Notes under the pieces: model-generated
What the model saw: only the letters and a program-made list of their open reading frames with translations
Told to the model about the DNA's origin: nothing
The model's database searches: none
Shown: positions 25,762 to 36,249 of the stretch, piece by piece
Position numbering within the stretch: position 1 is the stretch's first letter
How the letters are laid out: the number at the start of each line of letters is the position of its first letter
Position numbers and translations under genes: made by a program
DNA from: Octopus bimaculoides
Taxonomy: Eukaryota
DNA: 45,644 bases
Assembly: GCF_001194135.2 (NCBI RefSeq)
Contig: NC_068987.1
Location: 45,444,755 to 45,490,398 of the forward strand
Direction: 5' to 3'

Positions 25762-26186
25762 GTAAGTTATTCCCAGATCACCTATCTGCTTCTGGTGGTT
25801 GTAATGTTAGTGTGTGTTGCTGGTGGTTGTGTGTGGTATGGAATTGTTGGCAAAGATGTATGTAACGTATACACAAGTGTGTGTGTGTGTGCATGTCTAT
25901 AGGTATGTATTTGTGATTGTTATAATGCATATATATATATATATATACATACATACATATGTACATACATATTAGTAACAGAGACAGTATTAATACTGAT
26001 AGGTAATATTTGTCCTCACTTGAAATGTGGATGTTCCATTAGAGCAAACTATACTGCTGTATAACTCTCATATTGGCTTTTGGTGCAAAATGTACTCTTG
26101 CTTATATTGCTAGCAGGGAGATAAATCTCTGCCACCTCCAGCACCGAGACAATTAGATCATGTGATTTTGACCTTAAGCATATCTT

Positions 26187-26218
<32 letters not shown>

Positions 26219-26279
26219 TATATGTAAGTTTGTATGTATGTAATTATGCATATATGTATGTGTATGTATGTAAATATGC

Positions 26280-26317
<38 letters not shown>

Positions 26318-26645
26318 NNNNNNNNNNNNNNNNNNNNNNNNNNNNNNNNNNNNNNNNNNNNNNNNNNNNNNNNNNNNNNNNNNNNNNNNNNNNNNNNNNN
26401 NNNNNNNNNNNNNNNNNNNNNNNNNNNNNNNNNNNNNNNNNNNNNNNNNNNNNNNNNNNNNNNNNNNNNNNNNNNNNNNNNNNNNNNNNNNNNNNNNNNN
26501 NNNNNNNNNNNNNNNNNNNNNNNNNNNNNNNNNNNNNNNNNNNNNNNNNNNNNNNNNNNNNNNNNNNNNNNNNNNNNNNNNNNNNNNNNNNNNNNNNNNN
26601 NNNNNNNNNNNNNNNNNNNNNNNNNNNNNNNNNNNNNNNNNNNNN
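26318..26645. other. Assembly gap (328 N) between (TA)n and (TA)n(GA)n
   Basis: Run of N in intron 7. Confidence 0.99.
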
Positions 26646-26693
<48 letters not shown>

Positions 26694-27891
26694 AAGAAAG
26701 AAAGGAGGCAATTAAAATTTTGGATAATTCTTATATAATTCTTTATTGTTAGTGCTTTCATTTGTTACACCACTTCACTGGTTTATTCAGTGATTCTTCT
26801 CATTGAAAATGCCAGAACAGTATGACAAAGTAATCAATAATTAATGGATTGATTTGTCAACAATAAAACTGAAGTGAACTGTAATCAGTGCATGTAGTCA
26901 GTGGGGTGGGTGGGGATGACCCTGTTAAAATGCATCATCAGTTTTAACACCTGGTTTCATGTTAGAATTCTTTCAGAACAAATTTTTAAAAATGGTTTGT
27001 GTGAGTGTTTGCTTTGCAATCATATGGCCCACGTGTTTTCCACTGTGTTGTATCATGAGTAAGTGTTGCCTACAATAGCTTCAAGCTAGCCCGATCATTG
27101 AGACTGAAATTGGGTAAATGGAAACTGTGTGGAAGCTCACTTGCTTGCTGGGTGAATTGTACCTGTAATTCATTTATTATTGTTACTATACATAGATATA
27201 TACATAATGCATACATACATATGGAGGGCAGCTGATTGGCACAAATAGTAGAGTGCCTTGTGGTATTTGTTCTGGTTCTTTACTTTCTGAGTTTAAATCC
27301 TGCTGAGATCAAGATTACCTTTCATCCTTTCAGGTCAATAAAAGAAAGTACTTGCCTAGTACTGGAGTCAATGTAATCTATTAAATCTTATCACTACATA
27401 CCATCAAAAGACAGATGGCTTTGTGCCTAAATTAAAAATGGTTATTATTTATTCATAAAGGGTAGTGGTATGGCAGAATCGTTAATGTCACAAAAAGTGC
27501 TTTCCAGCTATTTAACTCTTTTGTTACTGTATTTCTGTTGAAATATACTGCTTTATTTTGATTTATTGGAAAATAATTTTTAGTAAAATAACTTTTTCAA
27601 TATCAGTCAAATGTTTGGCTGAAATCATTCTAAATCAGGGAGCTTTTATCTTAGAGCTGGGCCAATCTTAGGCATGTTAGTTTCAAAAAGATCAAGTTTT
27701 GAGATCAAATTCTTTCAAGGTTAACTTCCAGCATTGAAAAAAATAAATTATGGCTCAAATACCAGAATTGATTTAACTTGACTCCTCTCCATCCCTCCTA
27801 CGATAGAAACTATCCTCCTCCTCCTCCTCCTCCTCCTCCATCATATGTGACTATCAAAATTCACTGCTGACACTTTGTTTTTTACTTTCAG

Positions 27892-27947
27892 GCTGTGCAT
27901 CTGGTTATCAGAGTTCCGAGTTACCGTCCACTCCCAGCGATATTAAG
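27892..27947 (+). CDS. AKT1S1: PRAS40 coding exon 8 (SCASGYQSSELPSTPSDIK)
   Basis: Acceptor tttactttcag|; donor AAG|gtatag; phase 1 to 0. Confidence 0.75.
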
Positions 27948-28769
27948 GTATAGGATATATAACTTGCTACTGTTGTTGTGTTTGTTTTTGCTGATATCAA
28001 CTACTGTAGTTAATCAAATAACATATTCAATTGCTATTTTTAGCCATGACTTAATTCTCACTAAGTGTTAAAACATGGGTTTTAACATTTGGAGGTCTAA
28101 ACATGTGGTTCTTGTTTTAAAGACAGAAAAGTGTGTATAAAGCTGCATCTTTTATCATCATCAATCAAAATGTTTTGTAATGAATTACAAAAACCATTAA
28201 AAAAAATTTACTTCAGCTTTATGGTGACATGTAAAGACTACTGTTTATTCAACTAAACCTTGTTCTGTACATGAGTTATAAGCTTGGATATCTAATGTGA
28301 TTTAGACTATGGCTGAAAATCAATTATAAAATGCTATTTCTGAATTTCAGAATCCTGTTAGAAATAATCGCTAAATCTCTTTAGGATCATGCTCTTCCGT
28401 ATTAAAAAAGGAAGACATATTAGATTTTGTAGTGCTAGATACACATATGGATGAAATGATAGAATGTTTGAAGCTGGAACAACTTTGATCAGGACTTACT
28501 AGAATTAAAAAAACAGACACTTTCTTAAGTATGTAAACACTTATCAAACTAGGAGCTTTTATTTCTAAACTAATGTATATATCCCAAAGTAAGACACTTG
28601 CTGAAGATCAATGATCAAACCTATTGATTGAAATGTAATGTAGATGCTTCACCTCTGGGAATGTTAGTAGATATATTATACACACATAAAATATAGATAA
28701 ATAAGAAAACATGTAGACTTACAAATACACACAAGTGTAATTATGGGAGCACACACATGTATACTCCTA

Positions 28770-29190
28770 CTAATCCAAATGCATAAATATGGAAGTACTT
28801 ATACAGACACATGCATAGATTAATATGGAAGTACACATTCAGGTACACATACAGATGCTCATACATAGGTATATATAAAATCACAGATATGGAAATACAC
28901 ATACGCATGGAATCACATGCATACATCCATGTAAGAACAATGCATATATAAATATGGAAACACATACATGCACACATGCATATACAGAAACATAAATACA
29001 CTAGCATAGATAAATATAAATGCAAATACACATAAATACATATGCATGCATAAATATGGAAGCACATAGATGCACAAATACATATATATGGAGGAACTCA
29101 TACAGGCACATATCCATAGGTAAATATGAAAGAGCAAAGAAACATACAAAGACATAAATATACATTGATTAATTTGGAAGTACATAACAT
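28770..29190. repeat. Degenerate AT-rich minisatellite with recurring ATATGGAA core
   Basis: About 9 ATATGGAA-like cores at irregular spacing just upstream of exon 9. Confidence 0.6.
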
Positions 29191-29219
29191 AATATAAATG
29201 TTTTTTTTTTATTTTTCAG

Positions 29220-29301
29220 AATGATTTTCATTCCAAATCAGATTCCAACTCAGAGAAACAAATGGTGTCTCCTTTGGGAGATTTTGAACTGGAAGCTGAT
29301 G
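29220..29301 (+). CDS. AKT1S1: PRAS40 coding exon 9 (NDFHSKSDSNSEKQMVSPLGDFELEAD)
   Basis: Acceptor atttttcag|; donor ATG|gtaagt; phase 0 to 1. Confidence 0.82.
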
Positions 29302-31448
29302 GTAAGTCTATTTTTGTTCATATTTATGTCTTTTTTTTCCATACCTGCATGGTTTGGACAAATGTTACTTTGAGGCATTGTTTTACACAGCAAGATGCCC
29401 TTCTTGATGCTAAGCCTTACCTGTTTTTCAAATAAGGGATCTTTTATCTTTAGAAAGCACAAAGTGACTGAACAATTAGTTGACAGGAGAAACTGACAAA
29501 AACACTGACTGCCACACTTTCATACAAGTGATTGCAGATATAAGCAAACATGCAAGCACATGCGCGTGCACACACACATACACACACACACGCACTCACA
29601 TACATGCAGACAAATGAAATATGTACATGTACATGCACATGTCAGCCTTCTTTCAGTTTCTGTCTATCAAATCTGCTCACAAAGCTAGATTGGTCCAGGA
29701 CTTTTGTAGTAGAAGATACTTATTTAAGGTGGGGTGCAGTGATACATTTTATTGGGAAGCAAACTTTGCAATCACAAAGCTACACCTATGCTTAGTATCT
29801 GTATATGTATATATGTCTATACTGTACTTGGGTGGTGTGTGCATGTGCATGGGCTGTGTGTCTGTGTGTATTCAGTATGGACAGTGTACATGTTGTGTGG
29901 GTAATATGTTTGTATTAGATGACATTGCTCATCACTTAGGGAAGGACCTGATCCCAAAACTGTGAATATGAGATATGATGTTTGTCCTGAGAAAGCCTCA
30001 TGAGAAAGATGGGTCACAAGGCAAAAACAACCACACACATCTGTCTATGTGTGTGTGTATTTATATAAAAGTAGTGGTAGCGGTGGTGGTGGAGCACTTG
30101 TGAAATTACTTGACATAAACAGGAGATGAGTCTCCTGAAAATCACGAGAAGAATTTCAGGATAGAAGGACACCAGAGTATATTTCCATCGTCTTCTGATC
30201 ACTAGACGTTGATCTTAGCACTGCACCTTACCAAAGCACTTGTCAATTAACTCATGCTTGTTCTTGTACAGAGCTGTCTCTACAGCACAGTACCTATTTA
30301 CTGCCAGACATACTGAGCCGTTTATTTATTTAAAGCCAGGTGCACTGAGCCAACATAGTATCTGTTTACAATTGAATGTACTGAGCCCACTGTGTTTATG
30401 CTTTTCCTCAGTGCTTAGAGCTGTGAGTTGTCCCTACAGCTTGGTGCCTATTTACTGCCAGATGCACTGAACCAACTATTTACAGTTAAATATAGTGTAC
30501 CAGTGTTAGTAAAGTGTCTTTTTTATGTACACATGATGACAGTGATAGATATGAACATCAATCTGATACTTTATCAACTCAGTTACCCATAGTCGAACCT
30601 ATCAACCACCATTTGGTGTAATTTTTCTTCCCATTTTGAGATGGAATATTGCTACTTGTTTCAGTTACTAGAGAATTACCAGACCCATTTTTTTCTATAT
30701 TGTATAGAGGATAAAACAAAATTTTTCATGATTACTTTTGGCATTTTGCTCAACTTTTGTCTATGTTTTAACAACTATTCAAAAGAAAAGCGAGACAAAA
30801 TATGAATGACAGACCAGACCCAAAACACTGCCACCTGGCCCATGAATGCCTTTAGACAAGTTCACTCTATTGCAAGTGTTTAAACCAGACCCTTGGTTCC
30901 CTCTCTTGTCATGTTTTTGGTGTGTAATATATATTGAGAATGAGTATTGGCTACATCACCCTCACTAGTCTGAGGGTTTGAACAGCTCCCTCACTACATC
31001 ACCCTCACTAGGAGGGTCTGAATAGCTTATGAGTATATTACTCTTTCTCTCTTCAGTAACTTATTTAAAAAAATAAAAGGCTATGGGCTTTATTAATCTT
31101 TCTTGTCTTAAAGCATATCAGCAGTTTTAGGATTCTACTTCTTGATAGGTACCTTTTGTTAAGGAGCATCTTTTGTTATTGACAGTAAAGTAAACTTGTT
31201 ACATTAGGCATTAATGAAACAGATAGACAGCAAGAGACTACAAGGTACATTTGTGTTGTCTATATCTGACATCCATAGGAGAAATCTTCAGTAAAATTAG
31301 AGCATAAGACTCTGGGGATAAATTTGTAGAAACCTTAGTGGATATAGATTTGATTTATTTAGACATCTATTGATGTTAAGGGGTTGGTGGTGACATTTGA
31401 GAAACTACCCAATCTAAATAACATCCATTGTTCTATTGTATTTTCCAG

Positions 31449-31523
31449 GTATGTTCTACCTGAGTGGTGAAGATCAAAGAGATAACCAGGAACCTTTCTA
31501 TTTCTCTGATGATGATGATTTCG
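31449..31523 (+). CDS. AKT1S1: PRAS40 coding exon 10 (GMFYLSGEDQRDNQEPFYFSDDDDF)
   Basis: Acceptor ttttccag|; donor TCG|gtgagt; resembles the human LFVMDE...PPFCESD region. Confidence 0.85.
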
Positions 31524-31699
31524 GTGAGTATATCAGTGGCTTCGACCCTTTATCTTGTCATCCATTCATTCCCCCGCTAACCCTTAATCACCCACACACC
31601 TTTGTTGTTAGCCTTCATTTACTTTTCACATGTCTTCCTTTCTACACTTTGTTTTCTTGTCTCTTTTTCTACTCCCTTCACTTTTTCCACCTTCTCTGT

Positions 31700-32101
31700 G
31701 AGAGCACCATTTGAGTGATGGGCCTCACAGAGATAATGTGGCCAATGCCAGTGTCACATAACTAGCACTTGTGCCAGTGGAATGTAAAAAGCACCCTTTG
31801 AGTATTGGGCCTCGTGGAGGCAATGACAAATGACCGAGACCCTTGGTGATATTCTGTGCTTGAGAAAACCCATCAAGCCAAGTGAAATTGTTGTCATGGC
31901 AGATACTGGTATCACGCAACTGGTAACTGGGCTGGTGGCATGTAAAAGCACCCATTACACTCTTGGAGTGGTTGGCATTAGGAAGGACATCCAGCCATAG
32001 AAATCATGCCAAACTAGACTGGAGTCTGGTGCAGCCCTTCAGCTTATCAGGCCTGGTCAACCTGTCTAACCCATGGACAATAGACATTAAATGATGATGA
32101 T
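31700..32101 (+). mobile_element. RTE-LINE 3' UTR/tail copy (older)
   Basis: Homologous to 740-1140; ends in (GAT)n. Confidence 0.7.
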
Positions 32102-32260
32102 TTCACTTATATTTCATCACTAGTGTACATGTGTGTGTGTGTGCACACACATGTATGTATGCACGTTCATATTCAGTCACTTGCTATACTTTTGTACATA
32201 ACTAAATCAGTTTACTATTTTTAGTAAACTATTTAAGTGACCAGTAATTTTCTTTCACTC

Positions 32261-33004
32261 TTAATCCTTTAACATTTAAACTGGCCATATCTGGCCCAAA
32301 TATTCTATCCATTTTATGTTCAAAGTGGCTAGATCCAGCCTCTCACATCTATCTGACAATGTCATTGTAAAACTAGAAAATAATCCCATCATTGAAATCT
32401 CAAAGCTATGAGATAATGCATGATGAATTCAAAAGAATATGTCTCCTTTATTGGACACTAAACTCTGCTTGCAAAGACCTGTTGAGGCAAGTGAAATCGA
32501 AATCCTACTAAATTCGACGACTGGCACCCATGCCAACGTCATCTCCATTGGACACGAAACACAGCTTACGAAGACCTGTTGGGGCAAGCGAAAGCAAAAT
32601 CGTGATGGCACCTGTGCCCAGTGTCGCCTTTCTGGCACTTGTGCCCGCAGCATGTGTAAGGACTTTTGAGCGAGATCGTTGCCAGTGCCCCTGGACTGGC
32701 CCTTGTGCGGATGGCACATAAAATACACCATTTTGAGCGCAGCCGTTGCCAGTACCGCCTGACTGGCCTTCGTGCCGGTGGCACGTAAAAACACCCACTA
32801 CACTCTCGGAGTGGTTGGCGTTAGGAAGGGCATCCAGCTGTAGAAACTCTGCCAAATCAGATTGGAGCCTGGTGTAGCCATCTGGTTTCACCAGTCCTCA
32901 GTCAAATCGTCCAACCCATGCTAGCATGGAAAGCGGACGTTAAGCAATGATGATGATGATAATACATTACATTTGACACCATAATCTGAATGCTAAAGGG
33001 TTAA
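32261..33004 (+). mobile_element. piggyBac-like MITE (family M1) with TTAA TSD, interrupted by an RTE tail
   Basis: TTAA|TCCTTTAACATT ... AATGCTAAAGGG|TTAA; 12-bp imperfect TIRs; TSDs at 32261-32264 and 33001-33004. Confidence 0.75.
32442..32960 (+). mobile_element. Young RTE-LINE 3' UTR/tail nested in the MITE
   Basis: Internal ~100-bp repeats, CpG-rich, ends in (GAT)n; near-identical to 1-311. Confidence 0.8.
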
Positions 33005-33171
33005 ACCATTTGTATTTTATACCTCTCTTCTTTCTTTATCTTCCCTCCTTTCACTTGTCTTTCTCTTGCTTACTCAAAGACAAAAGACAATTTAGTTCTA
33101 TATTTAAGAGATGAGGAATTATGTACATTATTTACAATTGGTGGATATTTGTCCTTATCTTGTTTGTTGTT

Positions 33172-33217
33172 AACACAACGTTTCGGCTGATATACCCTCC
33201 AGCCTTCATCAGGTGTC
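33172..33217 (-). ncRNA. Minimal type I hammerhead ribozyme motif (left arm)
   Basis: Minus strand reads GACAC-CTGATGA-A-GGCTG-gagggtatat-CAGCC-GAAACGTT-GTGTT: catalytic core, perfect 5-bp stem II, stem I GACAC/GTGTT and ACGT palindromic stem III. Confidence 0.65.
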
Positions 33218-33380
33218 TTGGGAAAATTTCGAACCTGGGTTCTCATTCCGAAGGTATTTTTTGATGTTGTTGTAGTTGTTGTTATTATTATTATTATTAT
33301 TATTCAGGTCACTGCCTGGAATCGAACTCGGAATCTTGGGGTAAGTAGCCTGTGCTCTTAACCACTATGCCACGGGCCTA

Positions 33381-33445
33381 TGGCATAGTGGTAAGAGCAC
33401 AGGCTACTAACCCCAAGATTCCGAGTTCAATTCCAGGCAGTGACC
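33381..33445 (+). promoter_or_regulatory. tRNA-like internal Pol III promoter (mirror copy on - strand at about 33305-33372)
   Basis: A box TGGCATAGTGG at 33381-33391; B box GTTCAATTCC at 33425-33434. Confidence 0.7.
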
Positions 33446-33531
33446 TGAATAATAATAATAATAATAATAACAACAACAACAACATCAAAAAATACCTTTG
33501 GAATGAGAACCCAGGTTCGAAATTTCCCCAA

Positions 33532-33577
33532 GACACCTGATGAAGGCTGGAGGGTATATCAGCTGAAACGTTGTGTT
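33532..33577 (+). ncRNA. Minimal type I hammerhead ribozyme motif (right arm, sense to the PRAS40 pre-mRNA)
   Basis: GACAC-CTGATGA-A-GGCTG-gagggtatat-CAGCT-GAAACGTT-GTGTT; stem II closes with G-U; predicted cut after GTT at 33572. Confidence 0.6.
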
Positions 33578-33694
33578 AACAACAAACAAGATGAGGACAA
33601 ATATCCATCAATTGTAAATAATGTAAAAGACAATTTCTTTTATAAAGACTTCCAAATGAAGGAAACTTTGTCAAATCTGAAGAATTATATTGCT

Positions 33695-33925
33695 TTAACC
33701 CTTTTCTTTACCATATTTATGTTGAAATATACTGCTATGTTTCAACTAATTTTTAAAATAATGAAGAATTCAGTAAAATAATGTTGCCATTATTAAGTTG
33801 GTGTTTGGAACATAAAACCTTCCATTAAAATTTCATATTTAATTTAATTTGGATTGCTTTAAAACAAGAAGTATCATAGAATCAAGTAGTTTCTGAGTGG
33901 GGTTGATGTCAAAAGAGTTTGTTAA
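33695..33925 (+). mobile_element. TTAA-CCCT-start MITE, family M2
   Basis: TTAACCCTTTTCTTACCATATTTATGTTGAAATATACTGC; homologous to the copies at 2728, 27512 and 44501. Confidence 0.6.
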
Positions 33926-34499
33926 GTGGTTGCACAGAAGATGTGTGGTCTTCTATAACTGCTGTGCTCCATAATGTCATCACACAAAAGCTGTCTTGTA
34001 TGTCAGGCATGTTTACTAACAACAGTTGTTTGTAGAAATAACTATTCTTAAAGATGGTTTACAGCGAGGATATGTATTAGTAGTATGTTGAATGACACAG
34101 TAGACATATGTCTGTGTGTGTGTGTGTGTGTGTATGCACACACACACGCATTTTGGTATATTGTGTTGCTTGTTTATATTGTAGATAGAAATACACTGCA
34201 CATACACAACCTATTCTACACACACACACACACACGTGTGTGTGTGTGTATAAAGTTACACAATCTTGTCCAGCCTGTCTATTATTCAGACAAAATATGT
34301 TTAAAATTACTTCCATGTTGAATAATAAATAAAAGGAAATGAGGAAAGCTTGAACCAATGCAAGAAAAAAGCTGGAAAACCTTTATATATTTCAGGCACA
34401 AAGGCCCATTTTCAGAAGGATACAAAGGATGCAAAGAAATATGTGTCTACATAGATGCTACCATTTAGATAGCTGAATGGGCAGTGATCCAATATTAGT

Positions 34500-34910
34500 C
34501 TAGTGTTTGTGCTAACAGTAGCACTTTCCCAAATGGTGGTGTTGTTGGTGTCATAGATATTACACTGGAGATGGTGGTGGATGACTGGCTTCAGGTTGGC
34601 AGTGGAGGTCAAAGTGGCTGTTTATATCAATGTTGTTAATGGTGGTAAGTGTCATGGGTAATCAGCAATGGCGTTGACTACATTGATGTTGTTGGTAATG
34701 GTGGTAAATATCATGGTAGTAGTAGGTGATGGTGTTGTTGGTACATGCCCTTGTAGTTGTTGATAAAGAGGTGGCTGATAACAGCAACAACAATCCTCAT
34801 TGCAGCAGCAACAATGGTGGCAGAAAACATGGTGTTGGTAGACAACAATACCAATCACTGTCTTAGTGATGATGATGTTTGACATAGTTGCAGCAATGTA
34901 GGGGATGGTT
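34500..34910. repeat. Decayed trinucleotide (GTT/GGT/GAT) low-complexity tract
   Basis: Runs of GGTGGT, GTTGTT, GATGAT and CAGCAA. Confidence 0.7.
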
Positions 34911-34989
34911 AGTAATTTATAAAAGCCTTTGGTCCAACTCCAATTGGCTATTGATCTTAAGATTAAGTCAGTAGATCAGTAAGGATTAC

Positions 34990-35730
34990 TTGAAACAAGG
35001 ATTTCCTATATTTCTCTGGCCAGTTTGGAAGCATCTCTCTCTCTGATGGTATTATCACATTTCATAATGTGTTTGTGAAAGGAAGATGTGTTTGTAGTCA
35101 GGTGTTCCTTCAGTTGGATGTGGAATGGTCGGCCTGTACTACCAATGTAGTATTCACTGTATTTGGAACACTATATCTGGCATACCACGTATGTTCACAG
35201 ATACTTGCTTGCATTATGGAAAGGACAGTTCACAGTGTGCAGGGCTGTTGTGCATTGTGATCAGGGACAGTCCTGAGTTGGTTAGCAGGATGTTGAGGCT
35301 GTCCCCGTGGATGGCAAAGATGGTTTTCTCATTAAAGTGGGGAATCCTCAGGTAGCAATTCCTAGAGAGATTCTTTTTGTCATGTTTATTTGGCTTGCAT
35401 CCGTGTAGGGTCTTTGTAACAGATGCTGGATATTTGTTGGTTCCAAGTATCTTGAAGCATTGTTAGTAACTTTCCTTATTTCCCTTTTTGCTTATTATTC
35501 TACTTCTGTATGACAATGTTTCAAGTGAACTATTAACTTCTTTAGGGTGTGATTTGAGGAAAAATTGTCTTGTATTTCCAGCAGGTCAGGTGAAACTATG
35601 TAGATACTCTCCCTTCATTGGCTTGTTGTCTCTCTGGTTCAGTCATCAAACAAGTTTTCAGGCAGCTGCAGCTTATCTCCTTTTGTTTTGGTTGTCGTTT
35701 GGTGTCTTTACAGGATCACTTTCATAACAT
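34990..35730 (-). mobile_element. Penelope-like element relic (GIY-YIG endonuclease region)
   Basis: Minus strand 35185-35102 translates VCQI*CSKYSEYYIGSTGRPFHIQLKEH, matching the PLE VY.I.C..C..YIG.T.R.L..R..EH motif; element boundaries are approximate. Confidence 0.75.
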
Positions 35731-35868
35731 GTGCAACAAGATAAAATACCAACACCAAACCATGTTTTTATTTCTCTAAACTTGAATAAAATATAAAGAA
35801 AATGAAACAGTAAGAATGTAAATATTAAATTATGTGTTAACATGCCACACTGGTTCTTCTCTTTCCAG

Positions 35869-36020
35869 CTCTGGACTCCTCAACAGAAGTTACGGAACCT
35901 TCATACATTCGTGGAAAAAAACGCATTGATCCAGATGCCATACATTCAGCATCAGTCCCTGTTAATGTCCCGCGGTTCAACCAAGAGATGTTTTGTTCAT
36001 CAGCCTCAGACAAAGAAAAT
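35869..36020 (+). CDS. AKT1S1: PRAS40 coding exon 11 (ALDSSTEVTEPSYIRGKKRIDPDAIHSASVPVNVPRFNQEMFCSSASDKEN)
   Basis: Acceptor ctctttccag|; donor AAT|gtaaga; SVPVNVP resembles human S183-LPVSVP. Confidence 0.88.
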
Positions 36021-36249
36021 GTAAGAGATCATCTTATTAGTTACTACTGTTGTTAGTGATTGATTGGTAGACTTGTTAAAGCATCAGACTAATTGCCTTG
36101 TGGTGTTTACCTTTTATCTTTTACTTGTTTCAGTTATTAGACTGTGGCTATGCTGGGGCACCACCTTGAAGAACTTTTAGTCAAATAAATCATCCCTATT
36201 ACTTACTTTTATTTTTAAAGCCTGGAACCTATTATTTCAGTCTCTTTTG

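Larger units (their letters stand above)
33094..33624. mobile_element. Palindromic tRNA-head / Penelope-tail element with 12-bp TSD
   Basis: Arms 33124-33372 and 33381-33625 are inverted copies (7 substitutions and 2 indels by manual alignment) around an 8-nt loop; AAAAGACAATTT at 33082-33093 and 33625-33636. Confidence 0.85.

Noticed and set aside
26186-26761. 155-191 aa ORFs
   Set aside because: Artefacts of reading through the N gap and flanking microsatellites.
28741-29185. 108-aa and 90-aa minus-strand ORFs
   Set aside because: Translations of the decayed ATATGGAA/CATA minisatellite.
32429-32891. Overlapping 63-127 aa ORFs on both strands
   Set aside because: They lie in the GC-richer RTE 3' UTR repeat; the same sequence recurs at 1-311 and 38845-39320 without a conserved frame.
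33305-33445. tRNA genes
   Set aside because: A/B boxes are present, but I cannot build a convincing acceptor stem and both copies sit inside a TSD-flanked repeat, so they are SINE-like heads.
33503-33781. 92-aa ORF containing PDEGWRVYQLKR
   Set aside because: It is the translation of the hammerhead-motif tail running into a MITE; the constraint is RNA structure, not protein.
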